A stretch of 64,000 bases of DNA from Patescibacteria group bacterium. Lineage in GTDB: Bacteria; Patescibacteriota; Minisyncoccia; Phycocordibacterales; Phycocordibacteraceae. Of this stretch, positions 18,514-26,681 are shown one piece after another. The position numbers and the translations under genes were made by a program. The stretch covers positions 14,786 to 78,785 of the forward strand of contig JAHJYC010000002.1 in NCBI GenBank assembly GCA_018826905.1, in the 5' to 3' direction. A model generated the notes under the pieces. That model saw only the letters and a list, made by a program, of their open reading frames with translations. It was not told the DNA's origin and searched no databases. Within the stretch, counting starts at the first letter, position 1; the number at the start of each line of letters is the position of its first letter.

Positions 18514-18875
18514 GATTGAATAGTACGTCGGTGTAAACTAAAGTAAAGTGATACGACGCAAAATGAGATAGTTGAATTCTCTACAGGTGAATTACTAAGG
18601 ATGTCTATGACAGAAAATTGAAGGAAAAGCAGTACGACATAAACATTCAGATTGAGGACCATACCCAGGCAGACGAAACCTATTACGTGATCGCATCTGC
18701 AGTGTTTAATCTGGCAAAGAACGCTTTCAATCTATTTGAAAGTTCGGAAGTGCCAGAGAAACGAGCACCTCTGAATTACCTACTTCAGAACTACATTGTA
18801 AACAGAAAAACGCCAGCGTTTAGCTTGCGTTCTCCGTTCGACACTATCCTTTCTGTATCTACTCAACCTATTGAG

Positions 18876-18947
18876 CTCCGCGGGCAGGATTCGAACCTGC
18901 GACCAATCGATTAACAGTCGACCGCTCTACCGCTGAGCTACCGCGGA
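18876..18947 (-). tRNA. tRNA-Asn (anticodon GUU)
   Basis: Cloverleaf folded by hand: acceptor UCCGCGG/CCGCGGA, D-arm GCUC-AGCGGUA-GAGC, anticodon arm GUCGA-CUGUUAA-UCGAU, T-arm GCAGG-UUCGAAU-CCUGC, discriminator G; CCA not encoded. Confidence 0.9.
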
Positions 18948-19059
18948 ATGCACTCGTATGTCGGAGGACATACGAACTAGGCCATTCTAGCCGAAATCCA
19001 CCATTCAGCAACCTGGGGTCTTGGTATACTGAGTGTATACAAGCTAACTGCACCCTCTT

Positions 19060-19302
19060 ATGCCAATACTCTATGTTAAAAACGGATGCGCATTCTGCGC
19101 CCGAGTACTCCAAACCGTTGAGGAAATGGGCCTCTCATTGGATATACGTAATATTGCAGATCCTGGCATTGCAGAGGAGCTGGTAGCACACGGCGGAAAA
19201 CGGCAGGTCCCTTATCTGATTGATGAAGAGCACAACACCGCCCTGTACGAATCAGACGATATTATTGAGTACCTTCACCGAACCTTTACTGCAAATACGT
19301 AG
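19060..19302 (+). CDS. Glutaredoxin-like protein (CxxC thioredoxin fold)
   Basis: 80 aa, CAFC active-site motif near N-terminus, ...VPYLIDEEH... Confidence 0.7.
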   Translation: MPILYVKNGCAFCARVLQTVEEMGLSLDIRNIADPGIAEELVAHGGKRQVPYLIDEEHNTALYESDDIIEYLHRTFTANT

Positions 19303-19349
19303 AATAAGGAAACAGCAAGACTTACTCGCCTAAGCGCACCCCCTACAAT

Positions 19350-19709
19350 ATGGAGATACATTTCAAAGGCACCAATTATGAACTCCCCGCATCAGTAAGT
19401 AAGTATGCGCAACGAAAGATAGGATCCCTTAAAAAGTATGTGAAGAAAAGCGAAGAAGTAGTTCAGGTGTATGTAGAGTTGGAGAAAGAAGCACACACCT
19501 CAGGACCAACCTGGCGCGCTGAAATCAACTTTGATCTAGACGGAGCTCTCTTCCGTGCTGAGGCACTTGAAGAGAGTATTGAGAAGGCAATAGATACAAC
19601 AGTACAAGAACTCTCAACAACACTGAGAAGATCACAAAAGAAGAAGCAAGACCTCGCTCGGCAAGGAGGAGCGACAATAAAATCCTTGCTACGTGGGTTT
19701 GGCTCTTAG
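19350..19709 (+). CDS. hpf: Ribosome hibernation promoting factor / RaiA (S30AE family)
   Basis: MEIHFKGTNYELPASVSKYAQRKIGSLKKY... typical YfiA/HPF N-terminus. Confidence 0.85.
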   Translation: MEIHFKGTNYELPASVSKYAQRKIGSLKKYVKKSEEVVQVYVELEKEAHTSGPTWRAEINFDLDGALFRAEALEESIEKAIDTTVQELSTTLRRSQKKKQDLARQGGATIKSLLRGFGS

Positions 19710-20566
19710 TTCGGTATCCAGCCTGTGTGTAAGAGATCCTGATACGCCATCTCCTTCTTGCCCTCAGGAACAACACGCACTGGAGTAAAGACATTGTTCT
19801 CAAAGACAGCAGACAACAGCTTCACACGAAGCTGTTTGTCTTCTTTGGACATAAAGAAATGAGTGCCGGGAGACTCGGCGAAGGCACGGTATATATTCCA
19901 GTTCTGCTTGGGATCTCCTAAGAGAGAAAGTCTTCCGTCTTCTTTGCGAAGCTTTCCTGAGAATGTTGCGAGTGTCTCGTCCTGTACTGTGCCAACTAAA
20001 GATCCAGATTCAAAATCAGGAAGAAGAGATACAAGCAGACGAGCGCCGATGATAACAAGACGTGCACGTAGTTCCTTTGTTGTCTCTGTGGGAAGAATAG
20101 CTACTTTCTCAGTGCCAAGTACTTCTCCAGCATCCAGCTTTAGTACCATCTTCTGTACAGATACTCCGGTCTCTGTTTCTCCGTTCAGGAGTGCCGTTTC
20201 AACTGGAGATGCTCCTCTGTACGCAGGAAGAAGGGAATAGTGCACGTTAAGAACGCCCTGAGGAAAGGAGTCTATGAGTGGTTGTGTGAGTAGCTTTCCG
20301 TAGGCAACAACTATTGCGTATTCAGCACCATACTTTGAAATCTCTTCCCGTACGGAAGCAGTGAGCTTCTCTGGTGTTAAAACAGGAAGCCCGCGTTCAG
20401 ATGCCCATACGTTTGTCTCAGAAGGAGTGAGGGTGAGTCCGCGTCCCTTTGGCGCGTCTGGGGAGGTAACCACGAGAGAGGGAACATACCCCGCCTCAAC
20501 AAGCAGTGCGAGAGTGTCTCTTGCAACAGCTGGAGTCCCAAAGAATACAAATGATTTATGTGTCAT
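19706..20566 (-). CDS. fmt: Methionyl-tRNA formyltransferase
   Basis: FFGTP..A...L; VLNVHYSLLPAYRGASPVETALLNGETETGVSV formyltransferase core; overlaps def by 11 nt. Confidence 0.9.
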   Translation of the reverse strand: MTHKSFVFFGTPAVARDTLALLVEAGYVPSLVVTSPDAPKGRGLTLTPSETNVWASERGLPVLTPEKLTASVREEISKYGAEYAIVVAYGKLLTQPLIDSFPQGVLNVHYSLLPAYRGASPVETALLNGETETGVSVQKMVLKLDAGEVLGTEKVAILPTETTKELRARLVIIGARLLVSLLPDFESGSLVGTVQDETLATFSGKLRKEDGRLSLLGDPKQNWNIYRAFAESPGTHFFMSKEDKQLRVKLLSAVFENNVFTPVRVVPEGKKEMAYQDLLHTGWIPN

Positions 20567-21083
20567 TGTCTTTCGTGCGGTCTATTTCAATAAGATCAGT
20601 AGCATGATCAATGAAAAGAATACCGTCTAGGTGATCATTCTCATGCTGGAATATCTGCGCAAGTATCCCGCCCCCGCCACGCTCAAAAGAAGTGCCGTTC
20701 TCTGTGCGAGCACGCACAGTAGCGCGCTCATGCCTGCGTGTCTTCCCGTATATCTTACGCACAGATAAGCACCCCTCATCCATCTCAATACGTCGTTGAG
20801 AGGTACGCACAAATTCAGGATTTATATACACACCGACATCGGGAGGAAGTTCAGGATCGTCCTCAGAATCTCTCGGAACAATACGGTCGTACCGCACGAT
20901 AAATATGCGATAGGAGATACCTATCTGTGGTGCAGCCAACGCCACACCATCCGGCTGAACGTCCAGTGCGTCCTCCATTGATTGGAGTATCTTCTTTAAC
21001 TCAGGTGTACCAAAAAGCTCCTCAGGAAGCAGGGGGGCTACTTGTCTGAGTACCGGGTCTCCGTTCTGAACGATTGAGCTCAT
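20556..21083 (-). CDS. def: Peptide deformylase
   Basis: EGCLSV and QHENDHLDG (HExxH) motifs. Confidence 0.9.
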   Translation of the reverse strand: MSSIVQNGDPVLRQVAPLLPEELFGTPELKKILQSMEDALDVQPDGVALAAPQIGISYRIFIVRYDRIVPRDSEDDPELPPDVGVYINPEFVRTSQRRIEMDEGCLSVRKIYGKTRRHERATVRARTENGTSFERGGGGILAQIFQHENDHLDGILFIDHATDLIEIDRTKDNDT

Positions 21084-21139
21084 ATGTGGACTATAGCAAA
21101 AAAGAAAAAACCGACCACGCCGTGATCGGTAGAAAGGGC

Positions 21140-21330
21140 AGGGGGTGCCGCTGAAGGGACCATTGTCTCTATTCCTGTCCGGGTTGCCGAACGCAGAACG
21201 AGGGCGACTATCGCAGTCAGCGGCACTATGTGCTGGTGGGAGGAAGCTTCACCCGCACATCCTCGGGAGTGTGAAACCAGAGGATTCCCCAACACCGGAT
21301 GAGGCTGAGCACCCGATGTCCCTTACTTGT
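21140..21330. ncRNA. Candidate structured RNA in 248-nt def-priA intergenic region (identity unresolved)
   Basis: 11-bp long-range pairing ggtgccgctga (21145-21155) / tcagcggcacc-like (21216-21226); GGAGGAAGC-containing segment; no coding potential; higher GC than surroundings. Confidence 0.2.
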
Positions 21331-21331
21331 A

Positions 21332-23143
21332 TCACTGCAGGGAATCTGGGTCAATAAGGACACGAAAAGAGGGGGGAAGTCCAGAGAGCTTTCTTGAAAG
21401 GGCCTGATCTGGCCACGCACCCTCAGGAAGCTGCAGTACCCATGTACGGCTTGTCTGAGTGCCTGTTTGCTTCTCAGGAAGTGCGTAGACACTGTATGGC
21501 TCTGCCATTTTTGTAATGGAAGAAGCTGCAGCCTCCATATGTTGTGCGTTCCCAACAGTTGCAATGGTAATAAGAGCTCCATGGGGAGGGTATTCAAGAG
21601 CCTTGCGAAGACTTCGCTCCTCTTCAAAGAAAGTTTCTTCTTCAGGATGCTCAGCTCCCACGAGCGCACTCTCATCCATACGTCTTGTTGCAACGATGGT
21701 ATGTATTGCGCGCTCCCGGAGCGTAAGTAACAAACGAAGGAATCGTTCCCGACTCCTCCAAAAAGGAAGTGCAAGCAAGCTGTCTGCTGAGGCAACAACC
21801 GCCAAGGCAAGAGGCATGCTTGTTGAAAGCCACGGAAGTATAAATTCTGTGCCAACAATAATCCCTCCAGATTCTTCAAACAACGCGAGTGTCTTTCGTG
21901 CCATTGCAGGAGTGCGAATGGTATCGGTATCAAAACGAATCAGCTGAGTCTTTGGAAACAGCACAGCGAGTTCTTCCATAACGCGCTCAACACCAATTCC
22001 AAGAGGAAGCAGGTTCCAACTCTCACAGACATCGCATACTGCATCTGCTTCCTTTATAGTGTTCCCATCAGCTGAACGCAGTACACGCTCTCCTTTATAG
22101 GTTGCAAGCGCGAGAGCTCGTCCTTGAGCATCTCTCACACTAGCGCCGCAGGTTCTGCAGACAACTGCAGGAGCATACCCCTTACGTGCAGACAGGACAG
22201 CAACACGCCCTCCTTTTTCCAGTGCTTCTTTTATGGATTCAAAAAGAGGATCGGGGATAGCCTTGAACGTTGCTCCTTGTTTCTCTTCTTCTGCCTTCAC
22301 ATCAACAATTGAAAGTGTGCCCAGTCCTTCGTCTGAAAGCGGTTGCAGAGAACGAAACTCTAGAGGAAGAGGGAAGTCTCCATATGTAAGAGGAATGTTT
22401 CTTGCTTCTGTAACATACTGCGCAGCAACAACAGCATGTACGTAGGGACGCTTTGGAAAACGATATGCACCTGCGCTTACGCGGTCTAGGATCACTCTCT
22501 GAAGTGCAGGGATTGGTGTTGCAATGTATGCAGGGGTAGCGAGTACTAGCGAAGGAGACGCGAGCGCCTTTCTTAGTGCGTGCGCACGAGTTGCAGATGC
22601 TTTCGCTCCTGACAGCACGACAGGCTTAAAAGAACTGAGACTCTCTTTCATACGAGCAAGTTCTGCAAGAGTTGGAACAATTATGAGAGTGGTACCAGAG
22701 GTCTCCTGGATCAATTCTCTATATCTCTCTATACGAGTCTCGTACGGAGCCTCAACAAGAACTATTTCATGGCCTGCTCCTTCTTGTAGTTGTTCAGGAA
22801 TCTCCTCCGCTATAAGTGCTCCAAGCAACTGCATATATACAGCTCCAAGAGGGGCAGCGTGATAGAGGGCAGTTGCTTCAATGCCCTTCCGAAGCGCTTC
22901 GGGGAGCATCCCTGCAACTTCAATATTTCCTGAAAGAGAGAAGTCTGCGCGCTTAATAAGTGCTTTCGCATCACGAACTGAATTGCATGCAACAACAAGT
23001 CCTCGGACCCGCTTCTTCCTAAGCGGGACAGTAACAAGCGTCCCCGGAGTAAGAGAGTCAGTACTCCTATAGGAAAGAGCTCCAGCAGGTGCTCCAGGCG
23101 CAAACGGAATAACGTCTATGACGTACATAGCTCTACTGTACAC
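21332..23143 (-). CDS. priA: Primosomal protein N' (PriA) homolog with degenerate helicase motifs
   Basis: N-terminal 3'BD-like region, Cys-rich CxxC...CxxC zinc module, C-terminal PriA-type tail; Walker A position reads EAPYETR and DExH position reads LDRVSAG. Confidence 0.75.
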   Translation of the reverse strand: MYSRAMYVIDVIPFAPGAPAGALSYRSTDSLTPGTLVTVPLRKKRVRGLVVACNSVRDAKALIKRADFSLSGNIEVAGMLPEALRKGIEATALYHAAPLGAVYMQLLGALIAEEIPEQLQEGAGHEIVLVEAPYETRIERYRELIQETSGTTLIIVPTLAELARMKESLSSFKPVVLSGAKASATRAHALRKALASPSLVLATPAYIATPIPALQRVILDRVSAGAYRFPKRPYVHAVVAAQYVTEARNIPLTYGDFPLPLEFRSLQPLSDEGLGTLSIVDVKAEEEKQGATFKAIPDPLFESIKEALEKGGRVAVLSARKGYAPAVVCRTCGASVRDAQGRALALATYKGERVLRSADGNTIKEADAVCDVCESWNLLPLGIGVERVMEELAVLFPKTQLIRFDTDTIRTPAMARKTLALFEESGGIIVGTEFILPWLSTSMPLALAVVASADSLLALPFWRSRERFLRLLLTLRERAIHTIVATRRMDESALVGAEHPEEETFFEEERSLRKALEYPPHGALITIATVGNAQHMEAAASSITKMAEPYSVYALPEKQTGTQTSRTWVLQLPEGAWPDQALSRKLSGLPPSFRVLIDPDSLQ

Positions 23144-23160
23144 CCCAAAGGAGTGAAGCC

Positions 23161-24471
23161 TTAAATGGACTCAATATGCGCACCAATGGCCTTCAGGCGG
23201 GGAACCAAGTCCTCATATCCACGATGGATGTTGTATACGTTGCGGAGTGTTGAGCGTCCTTCGGCGCCAAGCATACCAATAAGAAGAATGGTGGCGGGGC
23301 GAAGTGCTGGAGGCGCTACAATCTCAGCGCCCTTCAAGCGGTGTATTCCTGAGATCTGAATACGGTGCGGGTCTAGAAGCAGGGTGTCTGCACCCAAGCG
23401 ATCAAGCTCAGTGTAATAAATGGCACGCTTCTCATACACCCAGTCGTGGATAAGCGTGTCTCCTTCTGCTTGTGTAGCAATAACTGCAAAGAAAGGAAGA
23501 TTGTCTATATTAAGACCAGGATAGGGGCGTGCATGAATCTTCTCTGGGAACGCAACGAGGTCAGACGGTTCAATCTGAATGTCTGCGAGTTTGGTGATGC
23601 CATTCTCTGAAATGCCTGCATCAGTAATAGTGAAGGAAAGTCCCATCTTCTCAAGCACAGCAAGTTCAACTTCAAGGAACTCAATAGGGGCGTTTCGTAT
23701 AAGAAGTGAAGAACGTGTCGTTATCGCTGCAGCGATAAAGAACATTGAATCAATAGGATCTTCTCCAACAGAGTAGGTAACGTCTGTACTGATATCCTTT
23801 TTCCCTGTGATAGTGAGGGTGGTTGTTCCGATACCCTCAATTGAAATTCCCAGTGCTTGTAGGAATCCACAGACTTCCTGTACTTGGTAGTTGGCTGAGG
23901 CGTAGCGAATAACGCTGGTGCCCTCAATTCCTGCCGCTGCAAAAAGAGAGTTGATGGTTGCGGTGTCGCTAGACTCATACAGCACTACTTCAGCAGGAGA
24001 GAGGTCATCGTGTGAGATCTGGAAACGGTCAGTGAGTGTCTCAATTGCAACACCAAACTTCTCAAGTGCCCAAAGGTGAGGACGTACAGAGCGCTGGCCC
24101 AACGTACAGCCTCCCGACTGCGGAAGTTCAAAGGAAGGGAACTGGTGCAGTAGGGGGCCAATGAACATGAGGATGCTGCGGGTGCGGACTGCAGCGGCAC
24201 TATCAATAGTATCCAAAGAAAGTGTCTCTGGGGTCTTGATACTCAGATCCTTCTCTTGCCACTCAATAGAAACACCAATAGAACGAAGGACTTCAATGAG
24301 GCGGTGTACCTCCTCAATGCGAGGAACACGGCGAAGTGTTGTCGTCCCTTTATTTAGGAGGGAGGCAGCGAGTAATGCAACAGCGCCATTTTTAGAACAA
24401 TTAGTAACAACAGTGCCTGAGAGGGTGTGTCCGCCGTCTACGACGAAGCTGCTTTCTTCGGTCTTGGTCAT
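23161..24471 (-). CDS. murA: UDP-N-acetylglucosamine 1-carboxyvinyltransferase
   Basis: EPT fold; catalytic-loop SGGCTLGQRSVRPHL with Cys; C-terminal IHRGYEDL (MurA IDRGYE). Confidence 0.9.
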   Translation of the reverse strand: MTKTEESSFVVDGGHTLSGTVVTNCSKNGAVALLAASLLNKGTTTLRRVPRIEEVHRLIEVLRSIGVSIEWQEKDLSIKTPETLSLDTIDSAAAVRTRSILMFIGPLLHQFPSFELPQSGGCTLGQRSVRPHLWALEKFGVAIETLTDRFQISHDDLSPAEVVLYESSDTATINSLFAAAGIEGTSVIRYASANYQVQEVCGFLQALGISIEGIGTTTLTITGKKDISTDVTYSVGEDPIDSMFFIAAAITTRSSLLIRNAPIEFLEVELAVLEKMGLSFTITDAGISENGITKLADIQIEPSDLVAFPEKIHARPYPGLNIDNLPFFAVIATQAEGDTLIHDWVYEKRAIYYTELDRLGADTLLLDPHRIQISGIHRLKGAEIVAPPALRPATILLIGMLGAEGRSTLRNVYNIHRGYEDLVPRLKAIGAHIESI

Positions 24472-24550
24472 GGGGCGTATTCTATACTGCTTCGTTTGGT
24501 TTTCCTACGTTTTGCGCGTACCCGTGGGGACGGGGTATAGTACCTCTTAC

Positions 24551-25561
24551 ATGTCTCTTTTCTCGCCCCGCATCGGTATTGATCTTGGCACTACGAATGT
24601 CCTCGTCTTCGTTCCTGGAAAAGGAGTAGTTCTAAATGAGCCATCAGTTGTTGCAGTCTCTACTGAAAACAATAAAGTGCTGGCGATTGGTACTGAAGCG
24701 AAAGCAATGGTGGGGAGGACCCCCGACTCAATCAAGGCGTATCGCCCTATGAAGGATGGAGTTATTGCAGACTATCGTGTGACTGAAGCAATGCTCCGCT
24801 ACTTCATTAAAAAGGCTCTTGGAAAGAATATTTTTAAGCCAACAGTTCTTATCTCTGTTCCTGCAGGAGTTACGTCAACAGAGAAGCGCGCAGTTATTGA
24901 AGCGGCAGTAAAGGCTGGAGCCGCTGATGCGTATGTAGTTAAGGAACCTATTCTTGCTGCTATTGGTGCAGGGATTCCTATCCAAGAAGCACTCGGAAGA
25001 ATGGTTGCAGACATTGGAGGAGGCACCATTGACGTGGCGGTGATTTCTTTGGGAGGCATTGTTGCGTCTACTTCTGTAAAAGTAGCAGGCAACAAACTAG
25101 ATCGCGCCGTTATTGATTACGTGAAGAAGCAGTACAACCTGGCTATTGGAGACAAAACTGCAGAGGAGATAAAGATTCAAATTGGGTCTGCGGTCCCTGT
25201 AACGGAGGAGATGACCATGTCTATTAAAGGACGAGATCTTGTTTCAGGCCTTCCTCGCACAGTTGAGTTGCGTACAAACGAAGTTGTGCAAGCAATGAAC
25301 AGAGAACTCAGAGAGATGATGAATGCCGTACGAAAGGTATTGCAGGATACTCCTCCAGAGCTTGCCTCAGATATTATTGATAATGGCATTATGCTAACGG
25401 GAGGCACCTCTCAACTCCGCAATCTTCCTGAACTGGTGTATCGCCGTACAGGAGTAGAAGCGAAGCTCGCTCAAGATGCCTATTATTGTGTTGTGCGCGG
25501 CACAGGTGTGGCACTCAAACATTTAGATACGTATAAGAAGAGCATTATTTCTAAGAAGTAA
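24551..25561 (+). CDS. mreB: Rod shape-determining protein MreB (stand-alone paralog)
   Basis: IGIDLGTTN...DIGGGTID...GIMLTGGTSQL actin-fold motifs; the track ORF 24161.. is a spurious N-terminal extension, true start ATG 24551. Confidence 0.9.
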   Translation: MSLFSPRIGIDLGTTNVLVFVPGKGVVLNEPSVVAVSTENNKVLAIGTEAKAMVGRTPDSIKAYRPMKDGVIADYRVTEAMLRYFIKKALGKNIFKPTVLISVPAGVTSTEKRAVIEAAVKAGAADAYVVKEPILAAIGAGIPIQEALGRMVADIGGGTIDVAVISLGGIVASTSVKVAGNKLDRAVIDYVKKQYNLAIGDKTAEEIKIQIGSAVPVTEEMTMSIKGRDLVSGLPRTVELRTNEVVQAMNRELREMMNAVRKVLQDTPPELASDIIDNGIMLTGGTSQLRNLPELVYRRTGVEAKLAQDAYYCVVRGTGVALKHLDTYKKSIISKK

Positions 25562-25565
25562 TTAA

Positions 25566-25600
25566 AAAGGCCCCACGCATCGCTGCGGGGGCCTTTCTTG
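25566..25600. terminator. Rho-independent terminator after mreB
   Basis: aaaaagg-ccccacgc-atcgct-gcgggggcc-tttctt. Confidence 0.7.
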
Positions 25601-25615
25601 GTTTCGGATTTGCGA

Positions 25616-26047
25616 TCAGTTGGTCGCGATGCCGTAGTAGGTGGCGACCTGGCTGGGCTCCAGAACGGTGAAGCCCTGCGGACCCAGTTCCTCGCGCAGA
25701 CAGGTCAGGTAGATCTGGCTGCGATAGGAGTAGACCTGGTGCACGCGTTCCGCGCACAGACGCTCGGCGAACAGAATGCGATCGTCGCTGGTGAACGGCT
25801 GTTGTTCGCAGCCGGCGACGCCGTGTTCGTACGCGCACGTAACGTTGTCCATGGCCCGCTGCCGTTCGGCGATGCGCTGCTCGGCCAGATTGGTGCGCAC
25901 GAAGCGAACCGGCGGCGGAGAAAACTCCTGGCCGGTCGGCTCGTGCACGAACTGGATATTGGCCGGCGGACGATCCTGGGCGCAGGCGACGCTCGCGATG
26001 CCGATTGCGGAACCGAAAACAAGAATGGAAAGGACACTGGTGCGCAT
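25616..26047 (-). CDS. High-GC small secreted Cys-containing protein (hypothetical; likely horizontally acquired)
   Basis: Signal peptide MRTSVLSILVFGSAIGIASVACAQD; GC3-rich codon usage (segment GC ~62% vs ~48% backbone); 4 Cys. Confidence 0.6.
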   Translation of the reverse strand: MRTSVLSILVFGSAIGIASVACAQDRPPANIQFVHEPTGQEFSPPPVRFVRTNLAEQRIAERQRAMDNVTCAYEHGVAGCEQQPFTSDDRILFAERLCAERVHQVYSYRSQIYLTCLREELGPQGFTVLEPSQVATYYGIATN

Positions 26048-26111
26048 TGGAATTCTCCTCTGAAGGCGCGGACGATATCAATATTATACTACAATAGTGG
26101 CATCAGTGTCA

Positions 26112-26148
26112 AAGCAAAAAGGACCCGCATGTAGCGGGCCTTTCTTGC
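26112..26148. terminator. Rho-independent terminator
   Basis: aaaaagg-acccgc-atgtagc-gggcc-tttctt. Confidence 0.65.
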
Positions 26149-26162
26149 TGTAAGCAATTCCT

Positions 26163-26624
26163 TTAGTTAATTCTCCTAAACTCCAACACACCATTTCCTG
26201 AGAGATAGATCATGCTGAGTTCAGTCTCTGAAAGATTCGTAATAGCAAAGTAGAGTGCTTCTTCTGGGAACTGAATCCTCAGCACCTGAGCATCTTGTAT
26301 TACTGGAAGTCCTGCAGGAGCTTGGCTCATATCAGTGACGAGACTCCACTCTCCGGTAACGGTTGCATTTTCAATTCCTTCGTAGCTATCTGTAACGGTA
26401 CCGTTAGCATTAAATGCACGGACGAAGTTTGCATCCTCTGTACTCTCCCACGTGCCTACAAGTGCCGCGTTAATCTCAGCATCTGATTGGGCCACATCAT
26501 TCACGCTCTCTTGCGGGATAAGTCCTTGTTCATTTTGGATTGGTGCCATCATTGCCCAGTACCACCAGCCCACGACGAGAAGTGCGAGTACGACAACTAT
26601 TCCTGTTACTACCTTTGTATTCAT
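26163..26624 (-). CDS. Hypothetical membrane-anchored protein
   Basis: N-terminal TM (VVTGIVVVLALLVVGWWYWAMM), acidic ectodomain. Confidence 0.5.
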   Translation of the reverse strand: MNTKVVTGIVVVLALLVVGWWYWAMMAPIQNEQGLIPQESVNDVAQSDAEINAALVGTWESTEDANFVRAFNANGTVTDSYEGIENATVTGEWSLVTDMSQAPAGLPVIQDAQVLRIQFPEEALYFAITNLSETELSMIYLSGNGVLEFRRIN

Positions 26625-26681
26625 AGATATGAGTGCGTTACCTCCTATACAGATAGTCTAGCACCAGGGTATCCTAATGAA

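Larger units (their letters stand above)
13925..18947 (-). mobile_element. Integrase-less genomic/defence island (two tandem islets) inserted at the 3' end of tRNA-Asn
   Basis: Intact tRNA-Asn at 18876-18947 plus two degenerate direct repeats of its 3' end (13931-13961, 16997-17030); cargo is an RM enzyme and a HEPN-like pair; no integrase ORF detected. Confidence 0.55.

Noticed and set aside
18618-18914. 98-aa plus-strand ORF between the Ymh-like gene and tRNA-Asn, considered as a possible integrase remnant
   Set aside because: It runs through the tRNA-Asn gene on the opposite strand. It has no integrase motifs (no R..HxxR..Y) and reads as low-complexity. It is treated as spurious.
21084-21331. 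Assignment of the def-priA intergenic RNA candidate to SRP RNA, RNase P RNA or tmRNA
   Set aside because: It is too short for RNase P or tmRNA. Partial resemblances (GUCCGGG; GGAGGAAGC) do not reproduce the CR-I/P4 motifs or the SRP domain IV GGAA tetraloop context. It is left as an unclassified candidate at low confidence.
24161-24550. Long N-terminal extension of the mreB ORF in the six-frame track (466 aa from 24161)
   Set aside because: The extension overlaps the murA 5' end on the other strand and is Arg/Ser-rich low-complexity. MreB homology begins exactly at ATG 24551 (MSLFSPRIGIDLG), so the shorter CDS was called. Similar over-extensions were trimmed for holB (26487), proS (30093), mrdA (33571), greA (35334) and ctp (52202, GTG).
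25598-26134. Multiple overlapping ORFs in all frames across the high-GC islet (e.g. 25598-26134 +, 25551-26081 -, 25705-26037 -)
   Set aside because: Open frames on all six strands are the expected artefact of high-GC DNA. Only 25616-26047 (minus) has a signal peptide, GC3-biased codon usage and sensible terminator placement. The same reasoning applies to antisense ORFs within 53676-54245.
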